64,000 bases of DNA. Origin: Candidatus Eiseniibacteriota bacterium. GTDB taxonomy: Bacteria > Eisenbacteria > RBG-16-71-46. The position numbers and the translations under genes are program-made. Below, in pieces: positions 43,295 through 53,839 of the stretch (within the stretch, counting starts at the first letter, position 1; each line of letters begins with the position of its first letter). The stretch covers positions 1,120,001 to 1,184,000 of the forward strand of contig CAVSAC010000012.1 in assembly GCA_963725865.1 (NCBI GenBank), given 5' to 3'. The notes beneath the pieces are model-generated. The model made no database searches and was not told the DNA's origin. It saw only the letters and a program-made list of their open reading frames with translations.

Positions 43295-43313
43295 GCCAAC
43301 CCGCCGCCTGGGC

Positions 43314-43342
43314 TTGACACTCCGAGGCACGCTGCCTAGTGT
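43314..43342 (+). promoter_or_regulatory. Sigma70 promoter of the glg pair
   Basis: TTGACA-17 bp-TAGTGT. Confidence 0.65.
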
Positions 43343-43396
43343 GCCTCGTTCTCAATCGTCCCGTACACGCAGACCTTCCAGCAGGAGGGGAGTCGG

Positions 43397-44656
43397 GTGC
43401 GTCAGACCCTGGCGATGGTGCTGTCCGGTGGCGGTGGTGAACGCCTCAGCGTGCTCTCGAGCGAGCGCGCCGTTGCCGCGCTGCCGTTCGGCGGCAAGTA
43501 CCGAGTCATCGACTTCACCCTGAGCAACTGCTGCCACTCCGGCATCGGTCGCGTCGGCGTCATCACCCAGCACGCGCCGACCTCGCTGCACGACCACATC
43601 GGCGCCGGCCGCCCGTGGGACCTCGACCGTCGCGGCGGGGGCGTGGTGATCCTGCAGCCGTACCTCACGCGCAGCCACGCCGGCTGGTACCGTGGGACCG
43701 GGGACGCGATCGTGCAGAACTGGGACGTCATCGACGACCACATGCCGCCGCGCGTGCTGATCCTGTCCGGGGATCACGTCTACCGCATGGACTATCGCGC
43801 CCTGCTGCTCACGCACCAGCAGGAGCGCGCCGCGGTCACCATCGCCGTCACCCGCGTGCCGCCCGAGCAGTCGCGGCGGTTCGGCATGGCGACCGTGAGC
43901 CGGGACGGCCGGATCACCGAGTTCGACGAGAAGCCCGAGCACGCCGAGACGCCGTTCGCGTCGATGGGCATCTACCTGTTCGAGACCGACGTGCTCGGCG
44001 ACATGCTGAAGGCCCAGCCGGTCGACATGGTGCTCGACGTCATCCGTCCGCTGATCGCACAGGGGCGCCGCGTGGTGGCGCACGAATTCAAGGGCTACTG
44101 GGAGGACGTCGGCACGGTCCGCACGTTCTACCGCTCCAACCTCGAGCTGCTTGCGCCCGAGCCGCGGCTGGTGCTGCACGACGCGCGCTGGCCGATCCTC
44201 ACACGCGACGAGGAGCGTCCGCCGGTACTGTTGCGCGACGGCGCGGTGGTGGACAACAGCCTGGTGGCCAATGGCGCGCGGGTCGCCGGCACGGTGCGCA
44301 ACTCGGTGATCTCGCCGGGCGTGCTCGTGAAGGCCGGCGCCGAGGTCGTCGACTCCATCCTGATGTCCGACGTCACGGTGGAACCCGGCGCGCGCATCGA
44401 GCGCGCGATCGTCGACAAGTACGCCACCGTGGGCGAGGGCGCGTGGGTGGGTGGGCCGCCCGCGTGCACCGACGACGAGCTGGCGTGGCTCGACGGGCTG
44501 GTGCTCGTGGGCAAGGACGCCGACGTGCCGCCCGGCACCCGCGTGCACGCACCGGCCGTGATCGGCATCGGCACCCGGGCGGGTCACTTCCTGGACGTCA
44601 CGCTGTCCGCTGGCACGATGCTCGAGAACCGGCTCTGGTACGAGGACCACGCATGA
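43397..44656 (+). CDS. ADP-glucose pyrophosphorylase paralog with degenerate motif (GlgD-like)
   Basis: LSGGGGERL..ERAVAALPFGGKYRVIDF (RAKPAV altered); LSGDHVY; beta-helix C-terminus. Confidence 0.85.
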   Translation: MRQTLAMVLSGGGGERLSVLSSERAVAALPFGGKYRVIDFTLSNCCHSGIGRVGVITQHAPTSLHDHIGAGRPWDLDRRGGGVVILQPYLTRSHAGWYRGTGDAIVQNWDVIDDHMPPRVLILSGDHVYRMDYRALLLTHQQERAAVTIAVTRVPPEQSRRFGMATVSRDGRITEFDEKPEHAETPFASMGIYLFETDVLGDMLKAQPVDMVLDVIRPLIAQGRRVVAHEFKGYWEDVGTVRTFYRSNLELLAPEPRLVLHDARWPILTRDEERPPVLLRDGAVVDNSLVANGARVAGTVRNSVISPGVLVKAGAEVVDSILMSDVTVEPGARIERAIVDKYATVGEGAWVGGPPACTDDELAWLDGLVLVGKDADVPPGTRVHAPAVIGIGTRAGHFLDVTLSAGTMLENRLWYEDHA

Positions 44657-45930
44657 GGTCGTCGCGTTACGCGTTCATCCTCGCCGGCGGCCTGGGCACC
44701 CGGCTGTGCCTGTTGTCGGAACGCCGCGCCAAACCGGCCGTGCCGTTCGGTGGCAAGTACCGCATCATCGACTTCACGCTCTCGAACTGCGTGAACTCCG
44801 GGCTCTACGACATCGGCGTCCTCACCCAATACCGCCCGACCTCGCTCAACCAGCACATCGGCACCGGACGCCCCTGGGACCTCGACCGCTCGCACGGCGG
44901 CGTGCAGATCCTGCAGCCCGCGCTGGGCTCGGTCCAGAGCGACTGGTACCAGGGCACCGCGGACGCCATCTATCGCAATCTGCTCCACCTGCGGCGGCGC
45001 CGCTGCGAACAAGTGCTGGTGCTCTCGGGCGACCACGTCTACAAGATGGACTACAACGTGCTGTTCGCGTTCCACCAGGCGAACCGCGCGCTGATGACGG
45101 TGGCCGTGACCGAGGTGCCCGAGGACATGGTGTCGTCGTTCGGCATCCTCGAGACCGACAAGGCCGGCCGCGTGGTCGCGTTCAACGAGAAGCCGCGCCA
45201 CACCTCGTCGCGACTCGCGTCGATGGGCGTCTACCTGTTCGACCGCGACGCGCTCATCAAGTGGCTGGTCGAGGACGCGACGCTCGCCGACTCCGCGCAC
45301 GACTTCGGCAAGGACCTGCTGCCCCGACTGGTCGAGCGCGGGGAGGGCGTGTACGCGTACCGCTTCCCGGCCTACTGGCAGGACGTGGGCACGCTCGACT
45401 CGTACTACGAGTCGAACATGGCGTTCCTGTCCGAGAATCCGCCGCTCAACCTCAGCGATCCGGAGTGGGTGATCCACACCCAGAGCGCGGACCGGCCGCC
45501 GGTCCGCTTCGAGCCGGGCGCGCGCGTGGGCCGCAACCTGATCGCAAACGGCTGCCGGATCGCCGGCGAGGTGGTGCGCTCGGTGCTGTTCCCGGGCGTG
45601 ACGGTGGCGGCCGGCGCCGTCGTTCACGACAGCATCATCATGCACGACACGATCGTGGGCCGGGACGCGGTGATCGACCGGGCGATCCTCGACAAGAACG
45701 TGCGGGTGGGGGACGGCGTCCAGGTCGGCGTCGGCGGCGAGACCATCCCGAATCGCGCCTGCCCCGATCACCTCTCCAGCGGACTCACCCTGGTGGGCAA
45801 GAGCGCGATCCTGCCCGAGGGTCTCACGATCGGGCGCAACGTGCGCATCGGCGCCCACGTCACGCGCGAGGACTTCGCCAACGACGTGCCGTCGGGCGGG
45901 GTCGTCGACGGGCCGGAGTCGATGCACTGA
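44653..45930 (+). CDS. glgC: Glucose-1-phosphate adenylyltransferase
   Basis: [56 protein letters not shown] overlap. Confidence 0.95.
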   Translation: MRSSRYAFILAGGLGTRLCLLSERRAKPAVPFGGKYRIIDFTLSNCVNSGLYDIGVLTQYRPTSLNQHIGTGRPWDLDRSHGGVQILQPALGSVQSDWYQGTADAIYRNLLHLRRRRCEQVLVLSGDHVYKMDYNVLFAFHQANRALMTVAVTEVPEDMVSSFGILETDKAGRVVAFNEKPRHTSSRLASMGVYLFDRDALIKWLVEDATLADSAHDFGKDLLPRLVERGEGVYAYRFPAYWQDVGTLDSYYESNMAFLSENPPLNLSDPEWVIHTQSADRPPVRFEPGARVGRNLIANGCRIAGEVVRSVLFPGVTVAAGAVVHDSIIMHDTIVGRDAVIDRAILDKNVRVGDGVQVGVGGETIPNRACPDHLSSGLTLVGKSAILPEGLTIGRNVRIGAHVTREDFANDVPSGGVVDGPESMH

Positions 45931-45949
45931 CGCGCTGCGCCCCGGATGC

Positions 45950-45985
45950 CAACGGCCCGGTCTCCACGCGGAGACCGGGCCGTTG
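45950..45985. terminator. Bidirectional hairpin terminator
   Basis: CAACGGCCCGGTCTCC-ACGC-GGAGACCGGGCCGTTG perfect 16-bp stem between convergent genes. Confidence 0.8.
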
Positions 45986-46005
45986 CGTGTCCGAACGGTC
46001 GCCGG

Positions 46006-47856
46006 TCAGGCCGGCAGGCGCAGACGCTGGCCCGCGCGCACCCGGTCCCCACTCAGCCCGTTCGCCTGCTTGAGGGCGCGCAGGGTCACGCCGTGTTGGC
46101 GCGCGATCTCGCTCAGCGTCTGGCCCGCGCGCACGACGTGCACCCCGTGACCTGCGCGGGTGCCGTGCCGCGGCCGCGCCGCCGGCACGTGGAGCGCCGC
46201 GATGCGCGCGCTGTCCGCGGTGCTCTCGGCCATCGCCGCTTCGCCGGTGCGAATCTTCAGCCGCGTGCCGCGGTGCACCGTGGTGGTCTTGAGGCGGTTC
46301 CAGCGGCGGATGTCCGCGACCGACACGCCGTAACGCTCGGCGATCGAGGAGAGCGTCTCGCCGCGCCGCACGGTGATGGTGCTGCGTCCCTCGGCGTTCG
46401 ACTCGGCCCCGAGCGAGGTCATCGGACGGATCGCGCGCGGCGGGACGTATGCGGTCGAGGCGCGCGGGTCGTCGCGCTCGAGGATCTCCGGCGCCGGCGC
46501 GCGCAGCGACGCGGGCACCGTGAGCGTTGTGCCGCGCTGCAGCGGGCGCTTGCGACCGATGCCATTCGCGAGCGCCAGTTGCCGCGCGCTGACCCCGTAG
46601 TGACTCGCGATGCTGGAGAGCGTCTCGCCGCGCTGCACACGGTGGGAGAGTGTGAGATCGACCGCGGGCAGCGCGCCGCCCTCGCGGATGCGCTGCATCA
46701 GCGCCTCGCCCTTGCCGGGGGGCACGCGCACCACGGTCACGCCGTCGCGACCGCGCACCGCGTGCGTGCGGACCGCGGGGTTGAGGTCGCGCAGCTCTTC
46801 GTAGCGGCACTCGGCCAGCTTCGCGAGCGCACGCAGGTCCACCGCGCCCCGGAGCGCGACTTCGTCGAACTCGATCGGATCGTCCAGCTCGACCTCGTCG
46901 AAGCCGTACTTCTTCGGGTCGCGCGCGATCGCCAGCACCGCCATGAACTGCGGCACGTAGTCCTCGGTCTGGCGCGGCAGCTTGAGGTCCCAGTAGTTGG
47001 TCGTGCCCTGGGCCTTGATGGCGCGCAGCACGGTGCCCTCGCCCGCGTTGTAGGACGCGAGCGCGAGCGGCCAGTCGCCGAAGATCGAGTACAGGTGCTT
47101 GAGGTAGCGGGCCGCAGCGACGGTGGACTTCTCGGGGTCCTTGCGCTCGTCCACCCAGCGATCCACGGTCAGGCCGAACAGCTTCGCGGTGCCGCTCAGG
47201 AACTGCCACGGCCCGACGGCGGCCGACACCGAGCGCGCATTGACGTTGAAGCCGCTCTCGACGAACACCAGGTGGACGAGGTCCGGCGGCAGGCCCTCCT
47301 GCTGGAGCACGCCGCGGAACATCGTCATGTACTTGCCGGAGCGCTTGAGCCAGCGCTCGAACGTGGAGCGGCCGGCGCCGGTGAAGAAGTCGATGTAGCG
47401 ATACACGTCGTCGTTGTACTGCGGCGTGATCTCCTCGACGGCGGGGGCGTTGAGCACCGCGTCGTCGGCCTCGTTGCCCACGGCATTCGCGGCGCTCGCG
47501 GAGCGCGCGTCCCGCTGCGCGGCGTCGCGCAGCGCGGCGAGCCGGGACTGCAGATCCACCAGTTCGCGGCGCTGCGCGGCGTCGGGGTCCGCCGCGATCG
47601 CGGCGATGATGCGCACCAGCCCGCTGTCGGCGGTCGCGACCGCGACGCCGAAGGCGCCCGTCTGGCGCTGGTTCCAGGCCCGCTCGTAGGCGTCGCGGGC
47701 CGCCCACACGGCGGGGGGAAGCAGCGCCGAGGGCGCGATCGCCGCCGAATCCGCACCTGCCGCGGCCCGCGCCGGGGCACTCTGGGCCCGGACGGCGGGG
47801 GGCAGCATGAGGAGTCCGGCGACCACGAGGGTCGCCAGGGTGGGGCGAACAGCCAC
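46006..47856 (-). CDS. mltD: MltD-like lytic transglycosylase with LysM domains
   Basis: FVESGF, AVGPWQF, LASYNAGEG, TEDYVP; three clear LysM repeats. Confidence 0.92.
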   Translation of the reverse strand: MAVRPTLATLVVAGLLMLPPAVRAQSAPARAAAGADSAAIAPSALLPPAVWAARDAYERAWNQRQTGAFGVAVATADSGLVRIIAAIAADPDAAQRRELVDLQSRLAALRDAAQRDARSASAANAVGNEADDAVLNAPAVEEITPQYNDDVYRYIDFFTGAGRSTFERWLKRSGKYMTMFRGVLQQEGLPPDLVHLVFVESGFNVNARSVSAAVGPWQFLSGTAKLFGLTVDRWVDERKDPEKSTVAAARYLKHLYSIFGDWPLALASYNAGEGTVLRAIKAQGTTNYWDLKLPRQTEDYVPQFMAVLAIARDPKKYGFDEVELDDPIEFDEVALRGAVDLRALAKLAECRYEELRDLNPAVRTHAVRGRDGVTVVRVPPGKGEALMQRIREGGALPAVDLTLSHRVQRGETLSSIASHYGVSARQLALANGIGRKRPLQRGTTLTVPASLRAPAPEILERDDPRASTAYVPPRAIRPMTSLGAESNAEGRSTITVRRGETLSSIAERYGVSVADIRRWNRLKTTTVHRGTRLKIRTGEAAMAESTADSARIAALHVPAARPRHGTRAGHGVHVVRAGQTLSEIARQHGVTLRALKQANGLSGDRVRAGQRLRLPA

Positions 47857-48053
47857 GAATGTACCTCCGAAGGTCGAAGGACCCTGCCTGGGGCGGTACC
47901 GAACCGGGCGAAGCTACCCGCGCGGCATGCAAGATGCAACCGCTGGGATCGACCGCGCTCTGCCACGACATCCCAAGGGTCGTTGCGCCATCACGCCGCG
48001 GCCCTCCGGATACTCTGGCTTCGGCAAGAGCTGTGCCACAAGTCCTCGAATCG

Positions 48054-48082
48054 TTGACACTTGCGGGAGGTTTGGATAGCGT
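48054..48082 (+). promoter_or_regulatory. Sigma70 promoter
   Basis: TTGACA-17 bp-TAGCGT. Confidence 0.65.
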
Positions 48083-48142
48083 GGGCCGTGACCACAGGCT
48101 GGATCACATCCTCGTGGCAGCTGCCGGGGAAGGAGCCCCTCG

Positions 48143-51100
48143 ATGAACCGCGCCCTCGCCACCACGACTCGATGGATGGTTTCTACCCGCGCGGACGGTG
48201 AAGTTCTCACCGCCGGCGCGGGCTCGGACGACCTCGAGTTCACAGTCGTCGGTTTCCCGGATCGATTCACGCCCGAGGAGATCGCCGGCTGGCTGAACGA
48301 CCTGACCGGGGTCGCCCGCGAGACCGCCCAGGGCGACAGCTCTGCCCGCACCATCCCGCCACTCCTGCACCACGCGCTCACGGGGCTGCTCTTCTCCCAT
48401 GCCGAGCTGTGGGAGAGCGATGGCATCACCCGCCCGTGCTCCGCCGCCTTCGTCTCGATCGGGGATCAGGTCGCCTTCGGCTGGGTCGGCGAGGCGCTGC
48501 CCGAGGTGTGGATCGACGAGGGTCCGCTGGTCGAGGTCTACACCCGCGTGCGCGACGACGAAGGGCGCGAAGCGCTCGGCATCGCGTTCCCCGCCAGCCG
48601 CCGCGTGCGCGTGCGCCTGAGCTGGTCCACGCTGCCGGGCGCCACCGATGCGCCGTCGGGCACTGTCGAAGCCGAGTGGGCGGGAACGTTCTCGCCGCTC
48701 GAGGAGTCGCTCGCGATGGACACCCTGGCGGTCTCGGCGCTGGTCAGCTCCGACGCACCGGCGAGTGAGTCGCCGCGCCCCGAGCCGGTCGCGCGCCAGA
48801 CGGACGCGCCGGAAGTCGCGCCGGCGATCGTGCCTATTGTGCCTGCGGCGCGTGCGGCCCGTGCGCCCGATGCGCTCTCCGAGTGGCCGCTCGAGTCGCC
48901 CGCGAAGCGCGGGTTCTTCGGTCGCATCCGCACGTGGCTGCGGCGCGCGCGGCCGGAGGATGCGCAGGAGTTCGCCTCCACCCTCGAGGCGCCGGCCGAC
49001 GAGAGTGGAACCGAGATGCCGACGCCGATCGCGCCGATCGCGCCGATCGCGCAGGCCACGCCGACCGCACCGATCGCGCCACCGGTCGCCGCGCCGCCTC
49101 GGAATGCCCCATCGCCGATGCTGACCGCGGATGACGTCGAGGTGTCGCCGCCGGACCTTCACGAGTTGCTGTACCCGCAGACGCCGGCGCCGCCGGCGTT
49201 GGCGGGAGGGAAGGACGCGATCGAGGATCCACATGTGCGCGTGCTGGGGCCCAACGCTCCGCCGCCCGCGCGTCCGGTGTTGCACGTGCCAAGCGTCGCG
49301 CCGCCCGCGTCGAGCGGCCCGCCCCGGCTGCACGTGACACGGGTCACCGAGGACGCCGACGCCGTGCTCGCCGAGCCCCCCGCACGGATGCCAGGACCGC
49401 CTCCCCTGCCGCGGCCGACGCCGACTGCCGAGAGCACTCCGTTCGAGCCACCGGCGCCCGCCTCGCCCGACCACGTCATCGAACTCGACCCGCGGATCGA
49501 GCCCGCGCTCTGGGAACCTCCGTCGTCGATGATCGCGGATCAGAGCGCGCAGCCGTCCGAGGAAGAGGCGTTGGCGGCCGCGCTCGCCGCGCTCGCCGCC
49601 GAGACCGCCACGCCGCCGGCCGCCGCGGCGCCGCCCGCACCGCCGGCGCCACCGACGCCCGCGCCGCCGCGCACGCCCTCGCTCGCGACCTCGGAGTCGA
49701 TGCGCGCCGTGCTCGCCGCGCGTGCCGCCGCACGTTCGGCCTCGGATCCCGACATCGAGCCGATCGGGTCGTGGCCGGCGCCGAGTGCGCCGCCGCTGCC
49801 GACCGTCGCGCCACCCGCCGCGCCGCCGCGGGACTTCACACGCTCGACCGCGGATTCCGACTTCGAGCCGATCGGCGCGTGGTCGCCGCCGCCGCCGGCC
49901 GCGACTGCGCCGCCGCGTGCCGCCGCGCCGCCGCGTGCCACCGCGCTGCCGCCGGCCGTCACTGCGCCGCCGCGTGCCACCGCGCCGCCGCCGCCGGCCG
50001 CGACGGCGCCGCCGCGTGCCACCGCGCCGCCTCCGCCAATTGCCGCCGCGCCGGCGCGCGCGGCGTCCGCACCGCCCGCGCCCATCGACGAGGCCGCGGC
50101 CGTCCCGCCGCCGGTGGAACGCGTTCCGCTGCGACCGGAGTGGCCGAGCGAGGACCAGCTGCAGGCGCCGGAGCCGCTGTGGAAGCGGCCCTGGGTCTGG
50201 ATCGCCGCCGTGGTGGCGCTGTTCATCGGCGGCTGGCTGGTCGGCGGAATGTCGCAAGGCGGTTCGCGCACGCCGCGACCGAATCCCTTCGTCGCCCTGG
50301 CGCGCGGCTTCGGCCTCGGCGGCGCGCGCTACGACGTGATGGTGAACAGCCGCCCCGCCGGCGCGTGGATCGCCGTCGACGGCAAGGATCTCGCGCGCCG
50401 CACGCCGGCCACCATCGACCTGCCGCCCGGCGAGCACACCGTGACGCTCTCGCTCACCGACCTGGGCGGGACCGACATCCAGGTGCGTGGGCAGCGCGGC
50501 GACCGGGTGGCGATCGACGCGCCGCTGTGGGGCACGCTCGACGTCTACGCGGCCGATGGCGCCCCGCCGGTCACGGTGACGTTCGATGGTCGCGAGGTGG
50601 GATTCGCGCCTGTGCACCTCGACAGCGTGCAGCCGGGCGCGCACGACCTGCGCTTCTCGGGGCCCGGCATGCCGGCATGGGGCCAGCCGGTCGAGGTGCG
50701 GATCGCGCAGAAGGCCGAGGTGGTGGCGCGCCCCATGACGTCGCCCGCGACCGGCGTGATCGAGGTGCGCGCGAGCATCACGGATGACGAGGGCACGCGG
50801 TCGCTGTCGAACGCGGCGGTGTTCGTCGACGGCGAGCCGCGTGGCTCCACGCCGCTCTCGCTCGAGCTGCCGCGCGGTCCGCACAGCGTGCGCGTGACCT
50901 ACCGCGACCAGAGCGCGCCGGTGCAGGTCATCGACCTGCCGGGGGGCAACCAGCGCTTCGCCAATTTCGAGCTGGGCGTCGGCGCCGGCGGCCCACGGCT
51001 CGCCGCGGTCGGCGGAACGCAGCGCTTCGCGATCGGCAGCGCGGCGACGGTGTCGGCCAGCCTCGACGGCGTGAGCTCGACCGACGCGCGCGAGATGTGG

Positions 51101-51310
51101 CTGCACGTGCGCACGCCCGAGGGGGCGTGGCGGCGCTACCAGATGGCGCTGCTCAAGTCGCCGACGGGCGTGGTGGGGGTGGCGGTGTTCCCGAGCCAGC
51201 TCTTCGACCCCGGCAGCCGGGCGCGCTGGTACGCCAGCGCCACGGTGTCGACCGGCGACGAGTACTTCACCGAGATCCTGAACGCCGAGATCGTCGCCGC
51301 GCCGCGCTGA
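48143..51310 (+). CDS. Bitopic PEGA-domain protein (cytoplasmic N-domain, long Pro/Ala linker, TM, three PEGA-like domains)
   Basis: TM WVWIAAVVALFIGGWLVG; VNSRPAGAWIAVDG..TP..LPPGEHTV; VFVDGEPRGSTPL. Confidence 0.8.
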   Translation: MNRALATTTRWMVSTRADGEVLTAGAGSDDLEFTVVGFPDRFTPEEIAGWLNDLTGVARETAQGDSSARTIPPLLHHALTGLLFSHAELWESDGITRPCSAAFVSIGDQVAFGWVGEALPEVWIDEGPLVEVYTRVRDDEGREALGIAFPASRRVRVRLSWSTLPGATDAPSGTVEAEWAGTFSPLEESLAMDTLAVSALVSSDAPASESPRPEPVARQTDAPEVAPAIVPIVPAARAARAPDALSEWPLESPAKRGFFGRIRTWLRRARPEDAQEFASTLEAPADESGTEMPTPIAPIAPIAQATPTAPIAPPVAAPPRNAPSPMLTADDVEVSPPDLHELLYPQTPAPPALAGGKDAIEDPHVRVLGPNAPPPARPVLHVPSVAPPASSGPPRLHVTRVTEDADAVLAEPPARMPGPPPLPRPTPTAESTPFEPPAPASPDHVIELDPRIEPALWEPPSSMIADQSAQPSEEEALAAALAALAAETATPPAAAAPPAPPAPPTPAPPRTPSLATSESMRAVLAARAAARSASDPDIEPIGSWPAPSAPPLPTVAPPAAPPRDFTRSTADSDFEPIGAWSPPPPAATAPPRAAAPPRATALPPAVTAPPRATAPPPPAATAPPRATAPPPPIAAAPARAASAPPAPIDEAAAVPPPVERVPLRPEWPSEDQLQAPEPLWKRPWVWIAAVVALFIGGWLVGGMSQGGSRTPRPNPFVALARGFGLGGARYDVMVNSRPAGAWIAVDGKDLARRTPATIDLPPGEHTVTLSLTDLGGTDIQVRGQRGDRVAIDAPLWGTLDVYAADGAPPVTVTFDGREVGFAPVHLDSVQPGAHDLRFSGPGMPAWGQPVEVRIAQKAEVVARPMTSPATGVIEVRASITDDEGTRSLSNAAVFVDGEPRGSTPLSLELPRGPHSVRVTYRDQSAPVQVIDLPGGNQRFANFELGVGAGGPRLAAVGGTQRFAIGSAATVSASLDGVSSTDAREMWLHVRTPEGAWRRYQMALLKSPTGVVGVAVFPSQLFDPGSRARWYASATVSTGDEYFTEILNAEIVAAPR
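49880..50045 (+). repeat. Coding TAPPRA/APPPPA low-complexity repeats
   Basis: GCGCCGCCGCGTGCC units recur four times. Confidence 0.7.
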
Positions 51311-51334
51311 CGCCGACGCCGACGCTTGCGGAGC

Positions 51335-51363
51335 CGGGCCCGTCCACGCCGTGGACGGGCCCG
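51335..51363 (+). terminator. Hairpin after the PEGA gene
   Basis: CGGGCCCGTCCAC-GCC-GTGGACGGGCCCG. Confidence 0.6.
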
Positions 51364-51436
51364 CCGCTTGGCGGGCGCGCAACTCGCGCCGCGGCGGCCG
51401 TGCCGGCTGGCACGGCTCTTCCGCCGCCCGCGTGGC

Positions 51437-53839
51437 ATGGGCGGACGCACGGCGGTGGGCGCGGCGGTGCTGGTGTGGCTCGGGCTGCTGGCCGGCGCCG
51501 GCGTGGGAGCTGCGCTCGTGGCGCCGCTGCTCGTGGGGGCGCTCGCGCTGGTTCCGGTCGCGGCCCGTCGGGGCGCCCGCGGGGCGACCCCGGCGCTCTT
51601 GCTCGCGCTGGTGCTCGCCGCGCTCGCGCGGGCCGGGGCCCATCGCGCGCGGCTCGAACTGGAGCGCGACGCCATCGAGCGCGGCGGCGAGTGGTTCCGC
51701 ATCGAGGGCCGGATCGAGGAGCCGCCCCAACGCGCTTCGGGCGAGCCGCTCGCGGTCCTCGCCGTCGAGCGCGCGACACCCGCGCTGCCGCGCGGCGCGC
51801 GCGTGCGGGTGCGGCTGCCAGCCGGCGATCGCTCCGAGTGGGGCGACCGCGTGCGTGTGCTGGCGCGGCTCGAGGCGCCGCTCGCCGTGCGCGATCCGGG
51901 TGGCTTCGACGCCCGCGGCGCCGCGGACGCCGCGCGCGTCTGCGCGACCGGCCGGGCGGTGGCGGTGGACTCGCTCGGCGTGGCGGCCACGTTCGGCTGG
52001 CCGCGCGCCTCGGTGGCGCGCGTGCGGCGCGGCTTCGAGCGCGTGTACGCCAGCGCGCTCGGCGACGAGGCTCGTGCGCTCGTGGTGCCGCTGGTCACCG
52101 GCGACCGCTCCGACATGCCCCCCGGGCTCGAGGCCGACTTCCGTACCTCCGGGCTGGTCCACCTGCTGGCGCTCTCGGGGCTGCACGTCGTGTGGCTGGC
52201 GGCGCTCGCGCGCGGACTCGCGGCGGCGCTCGGGGGCGGTATCCGCGCGCGCGCGCTGGCGGGGGCGGCGTGCGCGCTCGGCTACCTCGGCCTTGCGGGG
52301 CCGCTGCCTTCGCTGGCGCGCGCGGCGCTCGGCGAGCTGGTGGCGGCGACCGCGGCGGTGCGCGGGCGCGCGCTGGATCCGTTGCAGGCGCTCGCGCTGG
52401 CCGCGCTGATGCTGCTCGCGCGCGCGCCCGGCTGGGCCCACGATGTCGGCTTCCAGCTCTCGTGCGCCGCCACGCTCGGGCTGGTGACCGTGGGGGCCTG
52501 GCTCGATGCGCGGGCCGGGCGCTGGCGCGCGTGGGTCGCCCCGTTCACTCCCACGCTCGGGGCCCAGATCGGCGCGCTCCCGGTGCTGCTGGGGCGCTTC
52601 CACGCGGTGTCGTGGGTGGCGGCGATCGCGAACCTGGTCGCGGTGCCGGTCTCGGGACTGCTGCTCGCGGCGGCGTGGATCGGCGCGCTGCTCGAGCTCG
52701 CATGGCCGGGGGCCGGGCACCGCTGCCTGGCGGCCTGCGAGCCGCTCGCGCGCCTGCTGCGCGCGACGGCGGCACTCGCCGCGCGGGTGCCGGGGGCGCT
52801 GGTGCCCAGCGGGAGCGAGGCCGCGATCCCGTGGCTCGCGGCGGCCGGCGCGGCGGCCCTGATGGCGGCGCTGGTGCCGCCGCGCACGCTGGCGGCGCGG
52901 GCGGCGTCCACGCCGCCTGCGCGGCGGCTCGCGGCGTGGGCGGGCGCGCTCGCGCTCGCGCTGGCGGTCGCTCTCGCGCTCACCGCGCCGCCGCTGCGGC
53001 CCCCGCCCGGGTGCACGTGGGTGGTGGTGCTCGACGTGGGGCAGGGGGATGCGATCGCGCTCGCGCACGGCGACGCGTGGTGGCTGGTGGACGCCGGTCC
53101 GCGCTCGCCGCGCTTCGACGCGGGGCAGAACGTGGTGCTGCCGTTCCTGCGCTGGGCCGCGGTGCGCCGACTCGCAGGGCTGGTCGTGACGCACGACGAC
53201 AACGACCATCGCGGTGGCGTGCCCGCGGTGCGCGGCGGCGTCGCGGTGACGCGCGTGTGGGCTCCGGTGCCGCGACCCGGGGCGCCCGGCCCCGCGCAGC
53301 GCTTCCACGCGCGCGGCACGGCGCGCGGCGACACGCTGGATCCGGCGATGCCGCTGCGGGTGTTGTGGCCGCCCCGCGAGGGTCCGCCGCTCGCGGACGC
53401 GGTCAGCACGCCGGGCAACCAGGCGGCGGTCGTGCTCGAGGCGGGCGCCGGAGCGGGCCGCGCGCTGCTGATGGCCGACGCCGACAGCGTGGTGGAGGGG
53501 GCACTCGCGGTCGCGGGTGGCGTCGCGGTGCTGAAGGCCGGCCACCACGGCGCGGGCTCCTCGAGCGGCGCGGCGTTCCTGGCGCGCATGCGTCCGGTGG
53601 TCGCCGCGATCTCGTGCGGCCGGCGCAACCCGTTCGGCCACCCGAGCCCGGGCGCGCTGGCGCGCCTCGCGGCCGCCGGCGCGCGACTCGATCGCACCGA
53701 TCGCGGCGGCGCGCTGTGGTACGAGCTGGATGCGCGCGGCGTGCGCGACGTGGAGTGGCGGCGCGGGCCGCCGCCGCGCGTCGCGCACGCGCCACCCGGT
53801 CGCTCGGCCGGCGCGGCGCGCGCGCCCTCGGCATGGTGA
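51437..53839 (+). CDS. comEC: Competence protein ComEC/Rec2
   Basis: DPGGFD, GLVHLLALSGLHV, GFQLS, LDVGQGDA, THDDNDHRGG, HHG, NPFGHP. Confidence 0.93.
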   Translation: MGGRTAVGAAVLVWLGLLAGAGVGAALVAPLLVGALALVPVAARRGARGATPALLLALVLAALARAGAHRARLELERDAIERGGEWFRIEGRIEEPPQRASGEPLAVLAVERATPALPRGARVRVRLPAGDRSEWGDRVRVLARLEAPLAVRDPGGFDARGAADAARVCATGRAVAVDSLGVAATFGWPRASVARVRRGFERVYASALGDEARALVVPLVTGDRSDMPPGLEADFRTSGLVHLLALSGLHVVWLAALARGLAAALGGGIRARALAGAACALGYLGLAGPLPSLARAALGELVAATAAVRGRALDPLQALALAALMLLARAPGWAHDVGFQLSCAATLGLVTVGAWLDARAGRWRAWVAPFTPTLGAQIGALPVLLGRFHAVSWVAAIANLVAVPVSGLLLAAAWIGALLELAWPGAGHRCLAACEPLARLLRATAALAARVPGALVPSGSEAAIPWLAAAGAAALMAALVPPRTLAARAASTPPARRLAAWAGALALALAVALALTAPPLRPPPGCTWVVVLDVGQGDAIALAHGDAWWLVDAGPRSPRFDAGQNVVLPFLRWAAVRRLAGLVVTHDDNDHRGGVPAVRGGVAVTRVWAPVPRPGAPGPAQRFHARGTARGDTLDPAMPLRVLWPPREGPPLADAVSTPGNQAAVVLEAGAGAGRALLMADADSVVEGALAVAGGVAVLKAGHHGAGSSSGAAFLARMRPVVAAISCGRRNPFGHPSPGALARLAAAGARLDRTDRGGALWYELDARGVRDVEWRRGPPPRVAHAPPGRSAGAARAPSAW

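Noticed and set aside
43280..43313. GCCGCCTGGGC resembling the ZTP riboswitch 3' element
   Set aside because: No matching 5' P1/GACUGG/GGGGAGC part; it lies upstream of the glg promoter, not a pur gene.
47857..48050. Riboswitch (c-di-AMP or c-di-GMP) upstream of mltD
   Set aside because: No consensus motifs recognised by eye; an Rfam search would be needed.
48104..53788. 1894-aa minus-strand ORF, and other long antisense ORFs (58051-62874, 6071-8731, 19314-21680)
   Set aside because: Shadow ORFs of high-GC genes: Arg/Ala/Gly-rich, no motifs, and fully overlapping recognisable opposite-strand genes.
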